Of a stretch of 64,000 nucleotides of DNA, positions 10,976 through 22,383 are shown piece after piece (the first letter of the stretch is position 1; the number at the start of each line of letters is the position of its first letter). A program made the translations under genes and the position numbers. A model generated the notes under the pieces. It saw only the letters and a program-made list of their open reading frames with translations. It searched no databases and was not told where the DNA came from. Origin of the DNA: Bdellovibrionales bacterium (lineage in GTDB: Bacteria; Bdellovibrionota; Bdellovibrionia; Bdellovibrionales; JAUICD01); assembly GCA_965262715.1 (NCBI GenBank), contig OZ253553.1, forward strand, positions 2,144,001 through 2,208,000. Reading direction: 5' to 3'.

Positions 10976-11306
10976 TAGAAGCGGTCTCAAAAATAAAAGT
11001 TTAATAAATATTGCCAGAAATTCATAACTTTATCTAACTATAATATATCTCTGTGTTCACCTTCGTCTATAAACGTTTGTACCTATTACCTCTAATTTCT
11101 TATATAAAAGGGCTGTCTTCCTCAAAATGAATCACGCCGCTGGCGTGCTTTCTGGCACTAATCCGATGGTGAAAAACCATCGGATTAGTACCTAGAAAGC
11201 CTATTCATTTTGAGTAGAAGCCATCTCATGGGCTGTTTTGTATAATGCAAAACTGGTATCTTTTTTAAAACTTTTCTCTCTAGGAGCATTTTTGAGATGG
11301 CTTCTA
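10976..11306. mobile_element. MITE-like element, copy A
   Basis: Terminal inverted repeats TAGAAGCGGTCTCAAAAAT...ATTTTTGAGATGGCTTCTA; homologous in inverted orientation to 29917..30274; no ORF. Confidence 0.7.
11119..11216 (-). repeat. structured repeat core nested in MITE A
   Basis: CTCAAAATGAAT...ATTCATTTTGAG outer stem with an inner ACTAATCCGATGGT/ACCATCGGATTAGT hairpin; related to copies at 26.6, 29.0, 29.3, 30.1 and 52.7 kb. Confidence 0.7.
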
Positions 11307-11708
11307 GATACATATAGTCTTATTATAGTCGACTTTTACACATCACGACAAATAGATATTATTATAAAAATATAATCCTTGACCACAAGTATTGAGTTTA
11401 TTTGTTTAATTAACCTTGATCTCAACTTATATACAGACAAAAGAATAGTACGAAAATGCTAAGATTATTAAACCTTATCTCAAAAATACTTTCAACATCT
11501 ACATTTTAAGACAGATTCTTCACCAAAAATTGCAAGAATAGATTGATATAAATTGTATCTTAGAACTTTATTACTGAAATTATACAGATTACGATAAGTA
11601 TATAATCTGGTTACATACTTGCCATTTTGATTTATTAGCTCTCTATGATCTAAAAATAGTTAATCTTCAATATCAAACGACATAGAGTTTGTAAAATATA
11701 AGATTCAT

Positions 11709-13838
11709 TTAATTATTATTATAACTTTCCAAAATGGTATTAGGGTAGAAATATGAAAGAATATCTTGGGAGTTCCATGGAGTATTAATATCATTAGGAA
11801 CAATAGCACCTTGTGAAGGGCTATTGCTATTGTCATTCCACCCATTACGAGCTAAAGTATAACTAGCAATCTGAGGCATCCCGTATCCATGACCACCACC
11901 GTTAACATACTCATCGCAAGATACATGACTAGGAATTGTCCTAACAGCTGACACAGAGCTAGCAAAGTTCTTGACTGTTCTATCCTCTACACAAGCATGA
12001 TATTGTGTATATGCTGGTTGCCCTCTGTATGTTAAAACTAAACCTAAAGTTTCTGCAACAGCTTCCTCAAAGCGAGGATGCTGTCTTCCTATCCCTGGAT
12101 AGTATTGAAATCTAGTTGTCGGACCAACATCCCAAACACGGTTAAACATACGTGCTCGTCTTGCTCGATTGAAGCCAAAGGAACGGGCAAGAGTTGCCTG
12201 TGCTTTTAATGCCTCTATAGGACTATCTCCACTTCTAGCCTCTTCAGAAACTACAGACACAACATATTGCTCTACAGGAATGTCATTGATCAAACTCCAT
12301 TCCATAATAGCGTCATCTATATCATCCTCATCCATATTATTATCATTTGTTCTTCGAGCCATTCTCATATAAAAACCACCTAGATAATCACGATCCACCT
12401 TAATATTTGGATATCCCCATCTAACACGAGTTGGCTGCCCTGAATCCTCAACATGAATTTGGATATACCCTGATAAACTTAAAGCATCCCCATGCACCAA
12501 ATTACCTAAAGTATAACTTTCCCATTGCGCACTTTCATTCTGTCTGTACTTAATTTGATTTTCTACGCAATCAGGTTCATTAGGACAATTGATATTCATC
12601 TCAATCTCTTGAACACCCTCAACCAAAAGTATCCCTTCTGTTGACCCAACTTCGTAAATTTCTATTCTAAACCCTTGAGGATGAGACAGAGATAAATATT
12701 GTTGATCTTGCTCAGTCGTTCTAGAATAAGCAGGATCTCCTACCGCCAAAGGAAAGAGCTTTACTTTGAATGTGGATTTATCCTCCATAACAAAATTATC
12801 AATAGCATCTCTAAACTCCCCTGCACCAGCTGAATAATTAGCTCTTCTCGTTCTTACTCTTCTTCTCGATCTTCTTGCGTTTCTTGGTGCTTCTGATAGT
12901 CTTATCCTTCTTGTTTCTGCTACTTCAACACTAGGAGTTAGCACAGTGTAACCTTCACAGCCCATCTTAGAAGGAAAAGAACATAGAGCATTTCGAATAA
13001 AATTCTCCCTCTCTATAGGATCCCTTATTAAACATGGATTTCGAAAAGACATTGTATAATTATTAGCTTTATGACAACGTTCTAATTGGTCTCTATGTGA
13101 AATAGCTAAGGCAAGCTGCTCTAAATCACGAGGAAAAGTAGTAAACCATCCCAAACGCTCTTCCATATAAGGATAGATAGCACCATTTCTTGCTAGATCC
13201 CTCTCTCTATGAGTGAGCAAAGCCCACTCTTCAAGAAAGATTTGCGTTCTAATTGTGTCGTATTCACGACTACGTCAATCTATCCCTTCAATTGCTTCTG
13301 CTGTTCTGGCTTCTATACGAGCTTTGAGCTGTTCATCTAACCTTCTATACATCTCTCTTCTGTTATCATCTATCTCTTCAATGATCCTAATAGGTTCATG
13401 AAACATAGGGTCTATTAACGCCATTTCTTCTGGTGAAAATCTCACCTCAATATCTGTAGATGAAATAGTAGGGTCATATCTATAATAGTCTTTATTTCTA
13501 TCACGAACATTACGTTCTCTTGCACTTTCTCTCTCATAAAAGATCTGATAGGGATGATAGCCATGCCTAGTACCTCCTCCTATCCATGCCACAGCAGCAT
13601 CATTAAGCTTTGATTTCAAATCATTATCTTTTTTAGCTGTCACCTCAACATTTACATTTTCCCAATTTGCCTCAGGGTTCAACCAACGTTCTTCTATAAA
13701 AGTTTTCAGTTTTTGATTCATCTCACGTTCTAGCTCCAACTGCTCTTCATCCCCACTACCAAACCAGCCTTGTGCATAAACTTTAACAGACACTATCTGT
13801 AACTGTAATAATAAAACCAAACAGAAAACCCTTAACAT
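11709..13838 (-). CDS. secreted SpoIID/LytB-domain protein interrupted by one in-frame TGA (pseudogene or readthrough)
   Basis: The 187-aa and 503-aa ORFs share a frame (...EGID*RSREYDTIRTQIFLEEWALLTHRERD...). N-terminal signal peptide; SpoIID motifs EQYVVSVVSEE, EALKAQATLARS, GGGHGYGMPQ, ILSYFYP. Confidence 0.75.
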
Positions 13839-14144
13839 AAATACCTCTCTTTGTTTAAAATGTACTTTTTAAAAAATTTTTATAATTGTACAAGATAGTA
13901 GGTTTTTAACAACGCGAGCTATATTCAACTGGAAAAATTCAGACATACTAACTTAATACTAAATAAAAAAACACACCTAGGAACTCTTGTCAAAAAATAA
14001 CACTATGTCAAAAATTAGAGAAAACTTAAACTGAACTGATTTCCAGATAACCGGGTTGCTGGTTTCCCGAAATATCAGAGATTAAAAACCGGAGCAATTT
14101 AGAAGCGATCTCAAAAATAAGTTTTGCATTTTAAAATATTTGAG

Positions 14145-14301
14145 ATAGAGTTATGGCAGGTTTCTGGAATAGGCCTAGGCCAGTGTCTTAGGAGACAAGG
14201 ATTTTATAAAGTACTTTATTCTATAATAAGTTTTTAAAATAACAGAAGTACAAGGCACGGGGGTTGCCTGTTGCCTATGGAAATACCTGCCATAACTCTA
14301 T
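14145..14301. repeat. 157-bp element bounded by a perfect 17-bp inverted repeat
   Basis: ATAGAGTTATGGCAGGT ... ACCTGCCATAACTCTAT; preceded at about 14100 by a lone MITE-type end TAGAAGCGATCTCAAAAAT. Confidence 0.6.
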
Positions 14302-14344
14302 GGTCTTACATTAATACAAGGTCAGTTAATAAGCAGTTATGAGC

Positions 14345-14815
14345 CTACATTAAAAAGGTATCAAGTATAAGACCTATTAACTCAGCAGCTTCATCAGCAA
14401 TTCCTGGACACTTACTCTCACGAGGTCCTGCAACATTTAAAATCTTAATATCAGATGTTTTAATCCATGCACAAATTGTAGGCACATTAACATCTTTTTT
14501 AAGATCAACAACCATATAAGGTTTTGATAATTTATAAGCCCAATCAATAGTTTCCTTTGTTCCTCCAAAAGGTGCTTCACGAGTTATAATCAATGTGCCA
14601 TCAGAGTCCTCAACATTTTGACGTGTCCGATCAAGATAATTCTTTGTTGGCATTTCCTTTAAAAGATAGTGTGTGGGAATAAGGCCGTCTTCAGCACGTC
14701 TTCCAGCTGGACACCATCCTCCACATAGAAACTTATATTTTAAAGCAGCATCCAGCGCACCACGATCAACACCTGTCTGCCCTCCAGAAATAATCCTTGT
14801 CAACATAACTCTCAC
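14345..14815 (-). CDS. putative molybdenum carrier / SLOG family protein
   Basis: IISGGQTGVDRGALD, RTRQNVEDSDGTL, LNVAGPRES. Confidence 0.88.
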   Translation of the reverse strand: MRVMLTRIISGGQTGVDRGALDAALKYKFLCGGWCPAGRRAEDGLIPTHYLLKEMPTKNYLDRTRQNVEDSDGTLIITREAPFGGTKETIDWAYKLSKPYMVVDLKKDVNVPTICAWIKTSDIKILNVAGPRESKCPGIADEAAELIGLILDTFLM

Positions 14816-15006
14816 CTACTTTTATCTACAGGTTATTCAAAGAAAATTGCATCTTATTAAAATATATATGTCTTTCCTACCATTATAAATGACTTTAACA
14901 ACTATATTTTACTACAACGAAACATATGAATAAGATAAATATGTTTTTTATGCACATTATTTCTTTGCATAATCTCAGTAAATAAAGCAAAACTTCCTAA
15001 AAAGGA

Positions 15007-16011
15007 ATGCCTACTATGTATTTAAAGAAATTTTTATATGCATCATGTATTTTTTATATAGTAGCAGGTTTATTTAACCTTCAATTGGTATTTGCCTATA
15101 CAAAATATTGTAGTTTTTCTAATTTAGAAATAGAAGGTGTCGAAGTAGCTCTGATTGGTGATAGAAAGATATACACTTTGTTTACAGGGCACTTGCTTGC
15201 AGAACATATAGAACCTCTTAATATTATTGGATCTCATGGACCAGAAGAGGCTATACCTCTCTTCAATCAATTGCTTGAAGAATATCAAGAAATAATCGCA
15301 TCTGAACAATCTGATGCTCAAAAAATAATAGAACTAGCTCAATCTGAAAAGATCGATTGGATTGGTATTGAAGATTACAATAGATACGCTTCTTATGCTG
15401 ATAGAGATGTAAATGATAATTATTTAAATGATCAATACTTGCTTCAAAAGACAGTACGTTATTTAAGTTTTAGAGATTTTATTAGCCCACTCAATCATTT
15501 ACCTGGTTGGAATTCAAATAAAACAACTCAGTTACTATTTCTTATTTTTCCTGCTCAGGCTATTATTCGCGCAAATCATCCAGAAGTTTTTCGTAGGGTG
15601 AAAACATATCCGTTAGAAAATCAGAGTTTAAAAACTGAAACAATGAGCAGAGCAAACAACGTCTTTTATTGGGATAGATTTATTCTTGAAGACACTCGCA
15701 TCACATCTTATGAATATTCACAAGTTTGGTCTTTTATAAAAAAAGCCCATCCTCTAAATCCAATCTCAAATGAAAGCCTTGATGCTCTTCTCAATATGCT
15801 TGAAATTAGAAGAGATGCTCGAGAAAATATGAGAAATTCTATAAAAGCATATAATGATTTTATATCACTCATTCCACAACGTGGCGCAAGAGTTGTTCAA
15901 TCTGTTCTCAACTTACCTGGCAATGGACTTATAACTTTTGGAGCATTCCACGGACCTGGTGTTAAGCGAGGCTTAATAACTGCTTGTCGAAATGGAAATG
16001 GTTCACCATAA
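15007..16011 (+). CDS. secreted hypothetical protein
   Basis: Signal peptide ending VFA; C-terminal FGAFHGPG weakly resembles the TraB/ChaN-like G-x-x-H motif. Confidence 0.55.
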   Translation: MPTMYLKKFLYASCIFYIVAGLFNLQLVFAYTKYCSFSNLEIEGVEVALIGDRKIYTLFTGHLLAEHIEPLNIIGSHGPEEAIPLFNQLLEEYQEIIASEQSDAQKIIELAQSEKIDWIGIEDYNRYASYADRDVNDNYLNDQYLLQKTVRYLSFRDFISPLNHLPGWNSNKTTQLLFLIFPAQAIIRANHPEVFRRVKTYPLENQSLKTETMSRANNVFYWDRFILEDTRITSYEYSQVWSFIKKAHPLNPISNESLDALLNMLEIRRDARENMRNSIKAYNDFISLIPQRGARVVQSVLNLPGNGLITFGAFHGPGVKRGLITACRNGNGSP

Positions 16012-16137
16012 CTCTCATGCATGTTTGTGCAACAAAGTCGACTCTGATTGCAATATACCAACCTACTCGACTGCCTGATTATTGAAAGAAGAAGACTTAA
16101 CTCATCTGAACTTTTAACATTATTTGTAAGATGGCTT

Positions 16138-16875
16138 CTAAAAAGCCCAACCTACACCTACAAGCGCGTAAAAAGAGCTTAAAACCAATTTAACATCGTC
16201 AGTCTTTATTGTATCATTTTGACATATAACACTCTCTTCTCCTAAATTACTTGAACAATTAAAGCCAGGACTGAAAGAAGATAGATCATATCCAACCTCT
16301 CCCTTAACAAACAAACCAGGAGGTATTTTTATACCTGCTTCTATACCTGCCATACCACTTGTCCTGATAAATTGCTTATGAGTTATTTCAACTTCTTCAC
16401 TAACCCCTTGATCCTCAAAAGAAGCCTTAATATTCAAAGACCTCCAAATGTCTAAAGCCAAAAGTGCTCCTAGAAAAAAAATCTTTGTATTGATAACTCT
16501 ATAACGTCCTATTAAAGATATTCTATGACCACTCATTTTAAGTTTATTCATACCCTCTACATCATAATCTTTTTCTGGTAAAAAAGAATATTGATATCTC
16601 ACACCTATACCAAACTTAGAAAGAGCAAGTGGAGGGCTAAGAAACACATCTCCTCCAATAATCAATGGCCCTTCATTTTTACTTTTCCAATGGTCCTCAT
16701 TACCAGCATTGAATTTTGTCAGATCAAGATCGCTTTTAAACTTAAGAGCAAAATGACCTGAAACATCAAGAGCTATAGCTCCATAAGCCGATAGAGGAAA
16801 AATAGTTATAACTACAATTATGTAAAACATATTCAACCATTTTCTTAAATAAAGTTTAAAATTAAACATAAACAT
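16138..16875 (-). CDS. outer-membrane beta-barrel protein
   Basis: Signal peptide, alternating beta-strand pattern, C-terminal VGVGWAF beta-signal. Confidence 0.7.
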   Translation of the reverse strand: MFMFNFKLYLRKWLNMFYIIVVITIFPLSAYGAIALDVSGHFALKFKSDLDLTKFNAGNEDHWKSKNEGPLIIGGDVFLSPPLALSKFGIGVRYQYSFLPEKDYDVEGMNKLKMSGHRISLIGRYRVINTKIFFLGALLALDIWRSLNIKASFEDQGVSEEVEITHKQFIRTSGMAGIEAGIKIPPGLFVKGEVGYDLSSFSPGFNCSSNLGEESVICQNDTIKTDDVKLVLSSFYALVGVGWAF

Positions 16876-16889
16876 TCCCCCTGATCAAT

Positions 16890-17609
16890 TTAGTTTCTAG
16901 GTCCAAAAAGACACTCTCCTAATCTTACTATAGTAGCTCCCTCTTCTATAGCTACTATAAAATCTTGTGAAGTTCCCATAGAAAGTTGTTTGAAGTCCTC
17001 CCCTAAAAATGAAAACTGCTTCTTAAAACGATTTAATAAACTTTTGAGCTCCTGAAAATATACTTTAGAATCTTCTGCATTTTGAGTCAATGGTGGTAAT
17101 ATCATCAGCCCTTTACATTTTAAATGCCCATATCCTTGATGTTCACATTCTTCTAAAAAAGTAAATACACTCTCTAACTGATCAACAGTAAAGCCTTGCT
17201 TTGAAGTTTCATGAGAAAGGTTCACTTGTAAAAGAATATCTTGAGTTACACATTTTTTCTGAGCTATTTGATGGCCTTGCTTTAAATGCTTAAAACTACT
17301 CATTGAATGAACAAGATAAACATTTCCTATAACAAATTTTAACTTATTAGGCTGCAATGAGCCAATAAAATGCCATTTTAAATGAGGAAAATACTTTTGA
17401 CGTTCCATAAGCTCTTGAGCGTAATTTTCACCAAAGTGTTTATGCTCGTCATTAGATGTAATTTCCTTCAATTTATTTAAAGGCTGTTTTTTTGAAACAG
17501 CTAAAAGTAAAACAGACTTTGGGTCTCTGCCAACCTGTTTACAAGTCAATTCAATCTGTTTTCTTAAACTTGTAAGGTTTTTCTTAATATCAGATATGAT
17601 ATCTTTCAT
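16890..17609 (-). CDS. yggS: YggS family PLP homeostasis protein
   Basis: LLAVSK, FGENYAQE, WHFIGSLQ, LSMGTSQDF, EEGATIVRLG; AAGGAG RBS before ATG 17609. Confidence 0.95.
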   Translation of the reverse strand: MKDIISDIKKNLTSLRKQIELTCKQVGRDPKSVLLLAVSKKQPLNKLKEITSNDEHKHFGENYAQELMERQKYFPHLKWHFIGSLQPNKLKFVIGNVYLVHSMSSFKHLKQGHQIAQKKCVTQDILLQVNLSHETSKQGFTVDQLESVFTFLEECEHQGYGHLKCKGLMILPPLTQNAEDSKVYFQELKSLLNRFKKQFSFLGEDFKQLSMGTSQDFIVAIEEGATIVRLGECLFGPRN

Positions 17610-17853
17610 ACATTCTTTCTCCTTACACAAATTAACTAGAAGTCATTTTAAAAATAAATTTTTGTATTTGAAAATATAATAGACCTGAATCCATCGCCCT
17701 TCACTATTATCTTATTTTATTCTAGAAATCTGGCAAGCCGACAAATATACAAGTTCATCTGTTAAGCAAAAAATTGCAGTTTTTAGAAAAAGTAAGATAA
17801 AGATACATATATTTCGATCTGTTTGTAGGCAATATTGGACATTAGAGCTTGTT

Positions 17854-18477
17854 TTATGAATAAAGTATTCTTTCTACGTTCCAATTATTCTCCTTTAAAA
17901 GTCTTTCTAATAAATTCCGAGGAAGCCCCATCACATTATTCACCGAACCCTCAATATGATCAATAAAACTATCTTTTACAGACTGAATGCCATAAGCTCC
18001 AGCTTTATCCAGACAGTCATCTGTCTTTACATAAGAGACAATATCCTCTAAAGAAAGGGGCTTAAAGTGTACTTTTGTTGTTTCAATTCCAGTAACAACT
18101 CTGTCTAAATGATCCCAGAGACAAAGACCTGTTTTAACTTCATGCATACATCCTGAAAGCCTTTTTAAAAAATCAATAGCTTCCTTTTTCGATCTTGGCT
18201 TGCCTAAAGTACAGTTTTGAAGCACGACCAAAGTATCGGCTGATAGTAAAAGGTAATTATGTCGATTTTTGAGATAACCGCTATCTTTAAGAGCCTTTGA
18301 CTTTTGTCTAGCTATATCCTGAATTGCAAGGTCTAAACTCATGTTTTTGCTTAATTTTTCCGATATTTCTACAGGGCATGTACAAAATTCAAATCCCCAT
18401 TTATTTAAAAATTTTATTCGTCGAGGTGACTGAGATACCAAAATAAGATGAAGGTGATTGGACATTAATTTAGACAT
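17854..18477 (-). CDS. maf: Maf family nucleoside triphosphate pyrophosphatase
   Basis: LVSQSPRR, SADTLV, LGKP, DKAGAYGIQ, NVMGLP. Confidence 0.95.
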   Translation of the reverse strand: MSKLMSNHLHLILVSQSPRRIKFLNKWGFEFCTCPVEISEKLSKNMSLDLAIQDIARQKSKALKDSGYLKNRHNYLLLSADTLVVLQNCTLGKPRSKKEAIDFLKRLSGCMHEVKTGLCLWDHLDRVVTGIETTKVHFKPLSLEDIVSYVKTDDCLDKAGAYGIQSVKDSFIDHIEGSVNNVMGLPRNLLERLLKENNWNVERILYS

Positions 18478-18507
18478 AGTACCTTACATACCATATAGGA
18501 GTTTGAA

Positions 18508-19410
18508 ATGGGAGAGATAATGCTAATAGGTGCCTTACTTCTTGTAGGCACTAGCGTTTACCTTATTGTGCATCTTTTTTTAAGTGCAAATGACGATGTC
18601 CCTGTTATGTCATGGGACTCGGATGATGACAATCCCAATAAATCCAAATCTAAGTTTATTGAAGTATCCCGCAACCTCGTGCATCGATTCTGTATGAAGT
18701 TTGCAATTAAAGTAAAGTTTCCAGGATACAGAAAAAAAGTAAAGCAAAAAATCACTACAGCAAGGTTATCTTCTGAAATTACTGTCGATGAATTTATAGG
18801 AATGCAAATCTTATGGGGCATCCTTTTTCCTTTGTTATTATTTTTATTTAACTTCACACTAGAAATGGGTTATAACCCTGTATTTATAATTATATGCGGA
18901 CTTGCTGGTAGTTATTTTCCTCATCTCTATGCCAATGCAGAAAAAAGTAAATGCTATACTTCAATTATAGCTGATCTGCCATTCTTTATTGATCTTTTAT
19001 CTCTCTCTACAAAAGCAGCAGGTATGGATTTTATCACAGCCATTCAAAGAGTGGTCGATAAGGCTGAACACTCGGTGTTTGCAGATGAGCTAGCCACTGT
19101 CTTAAAAGATATTAAAATTGGATCTTCGCGAAGGGATGCGCTAAAAGCTTTAGCAGATAGGTTAGATATACATGAAGTCACTAGCTTTGTTGTAATTGTC
19201 ATTGATGCAGAAGCAAGTGGTCAGAGTGTAGGAGATGTGCTTGCACAACAATCCATACAAATGAGACTAGAACGCCTCATGCGTGCAGAAAAAGCAGGAG
19301 CTAAGGCATCTCAACTTATACTCATTCCAATCATGCTATTTATACTGCCCGCTGTTCTCATTATGATTTTAGGACCCGTTATTTTAAGCTTTTTCTCTGG
19401 AGGACTCTAA
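18508..19410 (+). CDS. tadC: TadC-like type II secretion system F family protein
   Basis: DLPFFIDLL...G..RRDALKALADR...AEKAGAKASQLILIP. Confidence 0.85.
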   Translation: MGEIMLIGALLLVGTSVYLIVHLFLSANDDVPVMSWDSDDDNPNKSKSKFIEVSRNLVHRFCMKFAIKVKFPGYRKKVKQKITTARLSSEITVDEFIGMQILWGILFPLLLFLFNFTLEMGYNPVFIIICGLAGSYFPHLYANAEKSKCYTSIIADLPFFIDLLSLSTKAAGMDFITAIQRVVDKAEHSVFADELATVLKDIKIGSSRRDALKALADRLDIHEVTSFVVIVIDAEASGQSVGDVLAQQSIQMRLERLMRAEKAGAKASQLILIPIMLFILPAVLIMILGPVILSFFSGGL

Positions 19411-19763
19411 TGTTATCTCTTACACTTAAAAACTCTACTCGAAAAGAAGTCCTAGCAACTCATGTAGAAAAAGCCAATAGCCTATTTAGCAGAATGAAAG
19501 GACTCCTGGGAAGATCTGGCCTAGAGAACCATCGCACCCTCTGGATTTCAAACTGTAATAGCATCCACACTCTTTTTATGAAATTTTCTATTGATGTTAT
19601 TTTTGTCAATAAAGACCTCATTGTAAAAGCTGTATATAGAAATATTAAACCTGGCCGTTTTATTCTGCCTATTTGGGGGGCATCTTCTGTATTCGAATTT
19701 TCTTCAAAAGCACTCAAAAACAAAGCCATTGAAAAAGGAGATCAACTAGATGTGGGGCATTAA
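19410..19763 (+). CDS. DUF192 domain protein
   Basis: RMKGLLGR, CNSIHTLFMKFSIDVIF. Confidence 0.88.
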   Translation: MLSLTLKNSTRKEVLATHVEKANSLFSRMKGLLGRSGLENHRTLWISNCNSIHTLFMKFSIDVIFVNKDLIVKAVYRNIKPGRFILPIWGASSVFEFSSKALKNKAIEKGDQLDVGH

Positions 19764-21384
19764 GGTTGTACTTGGCCTAAAAACAAGTCAGGTTTATGAG
19801 CTAAAAGACGGCAAAAGTATAATAGGTCGACATGAATCTTGTAATATTCATATTTCTCATCCTGGCATATCAAGAAAACATTTCGAAATTTTACTTAGAG
19901 ATAACGAATTGATCTTAAGAGACCTTAATTCAATCAATGGAACATTCATAAATGGCGTTTTGATTAAACAACCAACTCTGCTCACTCCAGGGGATAGAAT
20001 TTCTTGCAATAACATTATTTTTGAATTTAACAAAATGGATTACTTACAACCTCTCCATAAAGAACCAAAAGTATCTCATATCAATCAATCACCTATGCTA
20101 CATCCAGAATCATTTCACGATGGATCATTGTTACCAGGAAACATTGATGGAAATTTAGCTCTTCAAAATCAACAACAAACACTCGCACTCACAGAAGAAA
20201 AATCGAAGAATATAAACGACCCTGTAGCTAATTCTCCATTTAAACCATTACAAGACTACTTTGAAAATGTAGTGATGCCAGGAGTGTATCAATTAGCCCA
20301 ATGGGGAGAGTTTAGGTGGGTCTTAGGAGGATTCATTCTTATCTACATTATTTTAATCACACTACTTTCTATTTTTCCCTTAATGCAAATCTCAAGAGAA
20401 AGAATTTTAAAAGAAAGCCAGCTGAGAGCTGTAGAAATTACAAAAAATCTCGCAAGAAACTATGGAAGTGCTATACGTCAAGGCTTATCTTCTACGTTTG
20501 TTGTTAAAGAAGAACGATTACCAGGCGTAGATACAGCAATGATCATTTCAGCAAATGATGGACATATTTTAGCTCCTGCTAGAAAAATTGGAGGCCATGC
20601 TGATCTACCATTCATTCACAAAGCTAGAGAACAAGACACCTTAGTTGTAGAAGAATTGCAAAATAATACAATAGGAGTCAGTGTTCCTATACGTACAATA
20701 AATCCTGAAACAGGAGATAGTGTTGTTACAGCTTTTTCTGTATTGATCTATAATGTAAGTCTTCTAAAAAACGAAGATGTTGTCAGATTAATTGTACAAG
20801 TTTTATCTTTTGCTTTTTTGATAGGACTTGCTTTATTCATTTTGCTGTATAAATTAATTGAATATCCTATACAAGAACTCAACGTACAAATAGATAAAGC
20901 GCTCAAATCAGGAGATAGCGAAATTGAAGTCAACTTTAGATATCCTGCAATCCAAAAACTCATTACAAATATCAAAAGCGCATTATCTCGTATCGCAGAA
21001 TCAGAAGATATAAACCCCTCTTCTCCAGAAGTTGGCGTAGAAGAAGAAGCTCAAAGTCTAATTCAACTTATAAAAACAGAGGGATTAATTTTAGACGCAA
21101 GTGGTACAATCATCGCCATAAACTCTCAATGTGACAATCTTATTGCAGAACATGAGACTTTATTAAACAAAAATATCTCTGATATCACAGATCAAGCCTT
21201 GCAACTCAATTTAAAAGATCTTTTTCAAAGAGCTATTTCCCAGCAAGGTCAAACAGTTGAAAATGAACTTGAGTTTTCTGGAGTTAATTACACTATTGAG
21301 GCAATGTGCGTCTTAAGTGGAAGCACTCCTAAATTTGCAATTGTTATTTTTTCTAATCAAGAAGGAGCAGGAGGAGATTTTTAA
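19750..21384 (+). CDS. FHA-domain membrane protein
   Basis: IIGRHESC..ISRKH..DLNSINGTFING FHA motif; two TM helices; PAS-like C-terminus. Confidence 0.85.
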   Translation: MWGIKVVLGLKTSQVYELKDGKSIIGRHESCNIHISHPGISRKHFEILLRDNELILRDLNSINGTFINGVLIKQPTLLTPGDRISCNNIIFEFNKMDYLQPLHKEPKVSHINQSPMLHPESFHDGSLLPGNIDGNLALQNQQQTLALTEEKSKNINDPVANSPFKPLQDYFENVVMPGVYQLAQWGEFRWVLGGFILIYIILITLLSIFPLMQISRERILKESQLRAVEITKNLARNYGSAIRQGLSSTFVVKEERLPGVDTAMIISANDGHILAPARKIGGHADLPFIHKAREQDTLVVEELQNNTIGVSVPIRTINPETGDSVVTAFSVLIYNVSLLKNEDVVRLIVQVLSFAFLIGLALFILLYKLIEYPIQELNVQIDKALKSGDSEIEVNFRYPAIQKLITNIKSALSRIAESEDINPSSPEVGVEEEAQSLIQLIKTEGLILDASGTIIAINSQCDNLIAEHETLLNKNISDITDQALQLNLKDLFQRAISQQGQTVENELEFSGVNYTIEAMCVLSGSTPKFAIVIFSNQEGAGGDF

Positions 21385-22367
21385 TGAATGATCTAAGTGC
21401 TTCTTTCTTTATTGAAATTATCAACGGCAAGAACAAAGGCAGCAGATTTCAAATTGTTTCTAAAAAAGTTTCTATCGGTCGATCAAAAAACAACGACATC
21501 GTTTTAGATGACCCTAAAGTGTCAAGAAATCATGCTGCTTTATACATCACACCAGAAGGATTGCAAGCTATTTGTCTTAATCCAGAAAGAAAAATTTTTG
21601 TAGGTAAGCAAGATGTAAAAAATGCAATTTTAGAATTACCATCAATCATTCTAATAGGAAATACAAAACTTAAAGCTACAATGACCAGTAATATGCCATC
21701 TCATCTACCTATACCAGTACCTCCAAGTAATCTACAAACAGGATCTTTACAAAATCTACAATCCAACACTCTACAAAATAACAATCAATTAATGACCTTT
21801 CAAAATGAAGTAAATCATTCAAGCTCCTCAAAAAAAATGAACTTTTACATCATTATTGGAATCGCGGGTTTGCTTATGTATTTCTTATTTTCGTCTAAAC
21901 CTAAAAAAGAAGAAGAAAAAGGTCTTGTTACTTCTGAACAACAAGAAAAGCAACTAGCCTCCATTCAAGAAAAAGTACAAGCTATTTATACTATAAGAAA
22001 CAACAAAGGTAGAAATACCAAACAATACAAAGAAGCAGAATCTCTATTTATACAAGGATTGAGAGATTATAGAGAACAAAATTATTTAAGAGCAATGAGT
22101 TACTTTAATGGAGCTTTAGCAATTTTTCCTCAACATGTGCTCTCACAACGTTATCTACAAAAATCAAGAACAAAACAAGATAAATTAATACAATTGAACC
22201 TGCTAGCCGCAAACAGGCATTACGAACATAAACAATATAGACAAGCGATGGCTAGCTATGGACAGATTTTACTTTTAGTACAAGACAGAACAAACAAAAT
22301 ATATCGAGAAGCTGCAGGGCGCAGAGAAGAGTGTGAAGCAATTATACAAAGCTATGTGTATAAATAG
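21384..22367 (+). CDS. FHA-domain protein with TM and TPR-like region
   Basis: IGRSKNND..DPKVSRNHA; one TM; TPR-like helices. Confidence 0.85.
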   Translation: MNDLSASFFIEIINGKNKGSRFQIVSKKVSIGRSKNNDIVLDDPKVSRNHAALYITPEGLQAICLNPERKIFVGKQDVKNAILELPSIILIGNTKLKATMTSNMPSHLPIPVPPSNLQTGSLQNLQSNTLQNNNQLMTFQNEVNHSSSSKKMNFYIIIGIAGLLMYFLFSSKPKKEEEKGLVTSEQQEKQLASIQEKVQAIYTIRNNKGRNTKQYKEAESLFIQGLRDYREQNYLRAMSYFNGALAIFPQHVLSQRYLQKSRTKQDKLIQLNLLAANRHYEHKQYRQAMASYGQILLLVQDRTNKIYREAAGRREECEAIIQSYVYK

Positions 22368-22383
22368 AAGACCGGAGATATAA

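Noticed and set aside
13260..13290. Selenocysteine or genome-wide UGA recoding (code 4/25) to explain the in-frame TGA
   Set aside because: No redox/Cys context, and the hairpin loop is only 9 nt from the UGA. Other genes (DUF2330, carbonic anhydrase, tonB, uvrA) end at TGA at plausible lengths, and Trp is encoded by TGG.
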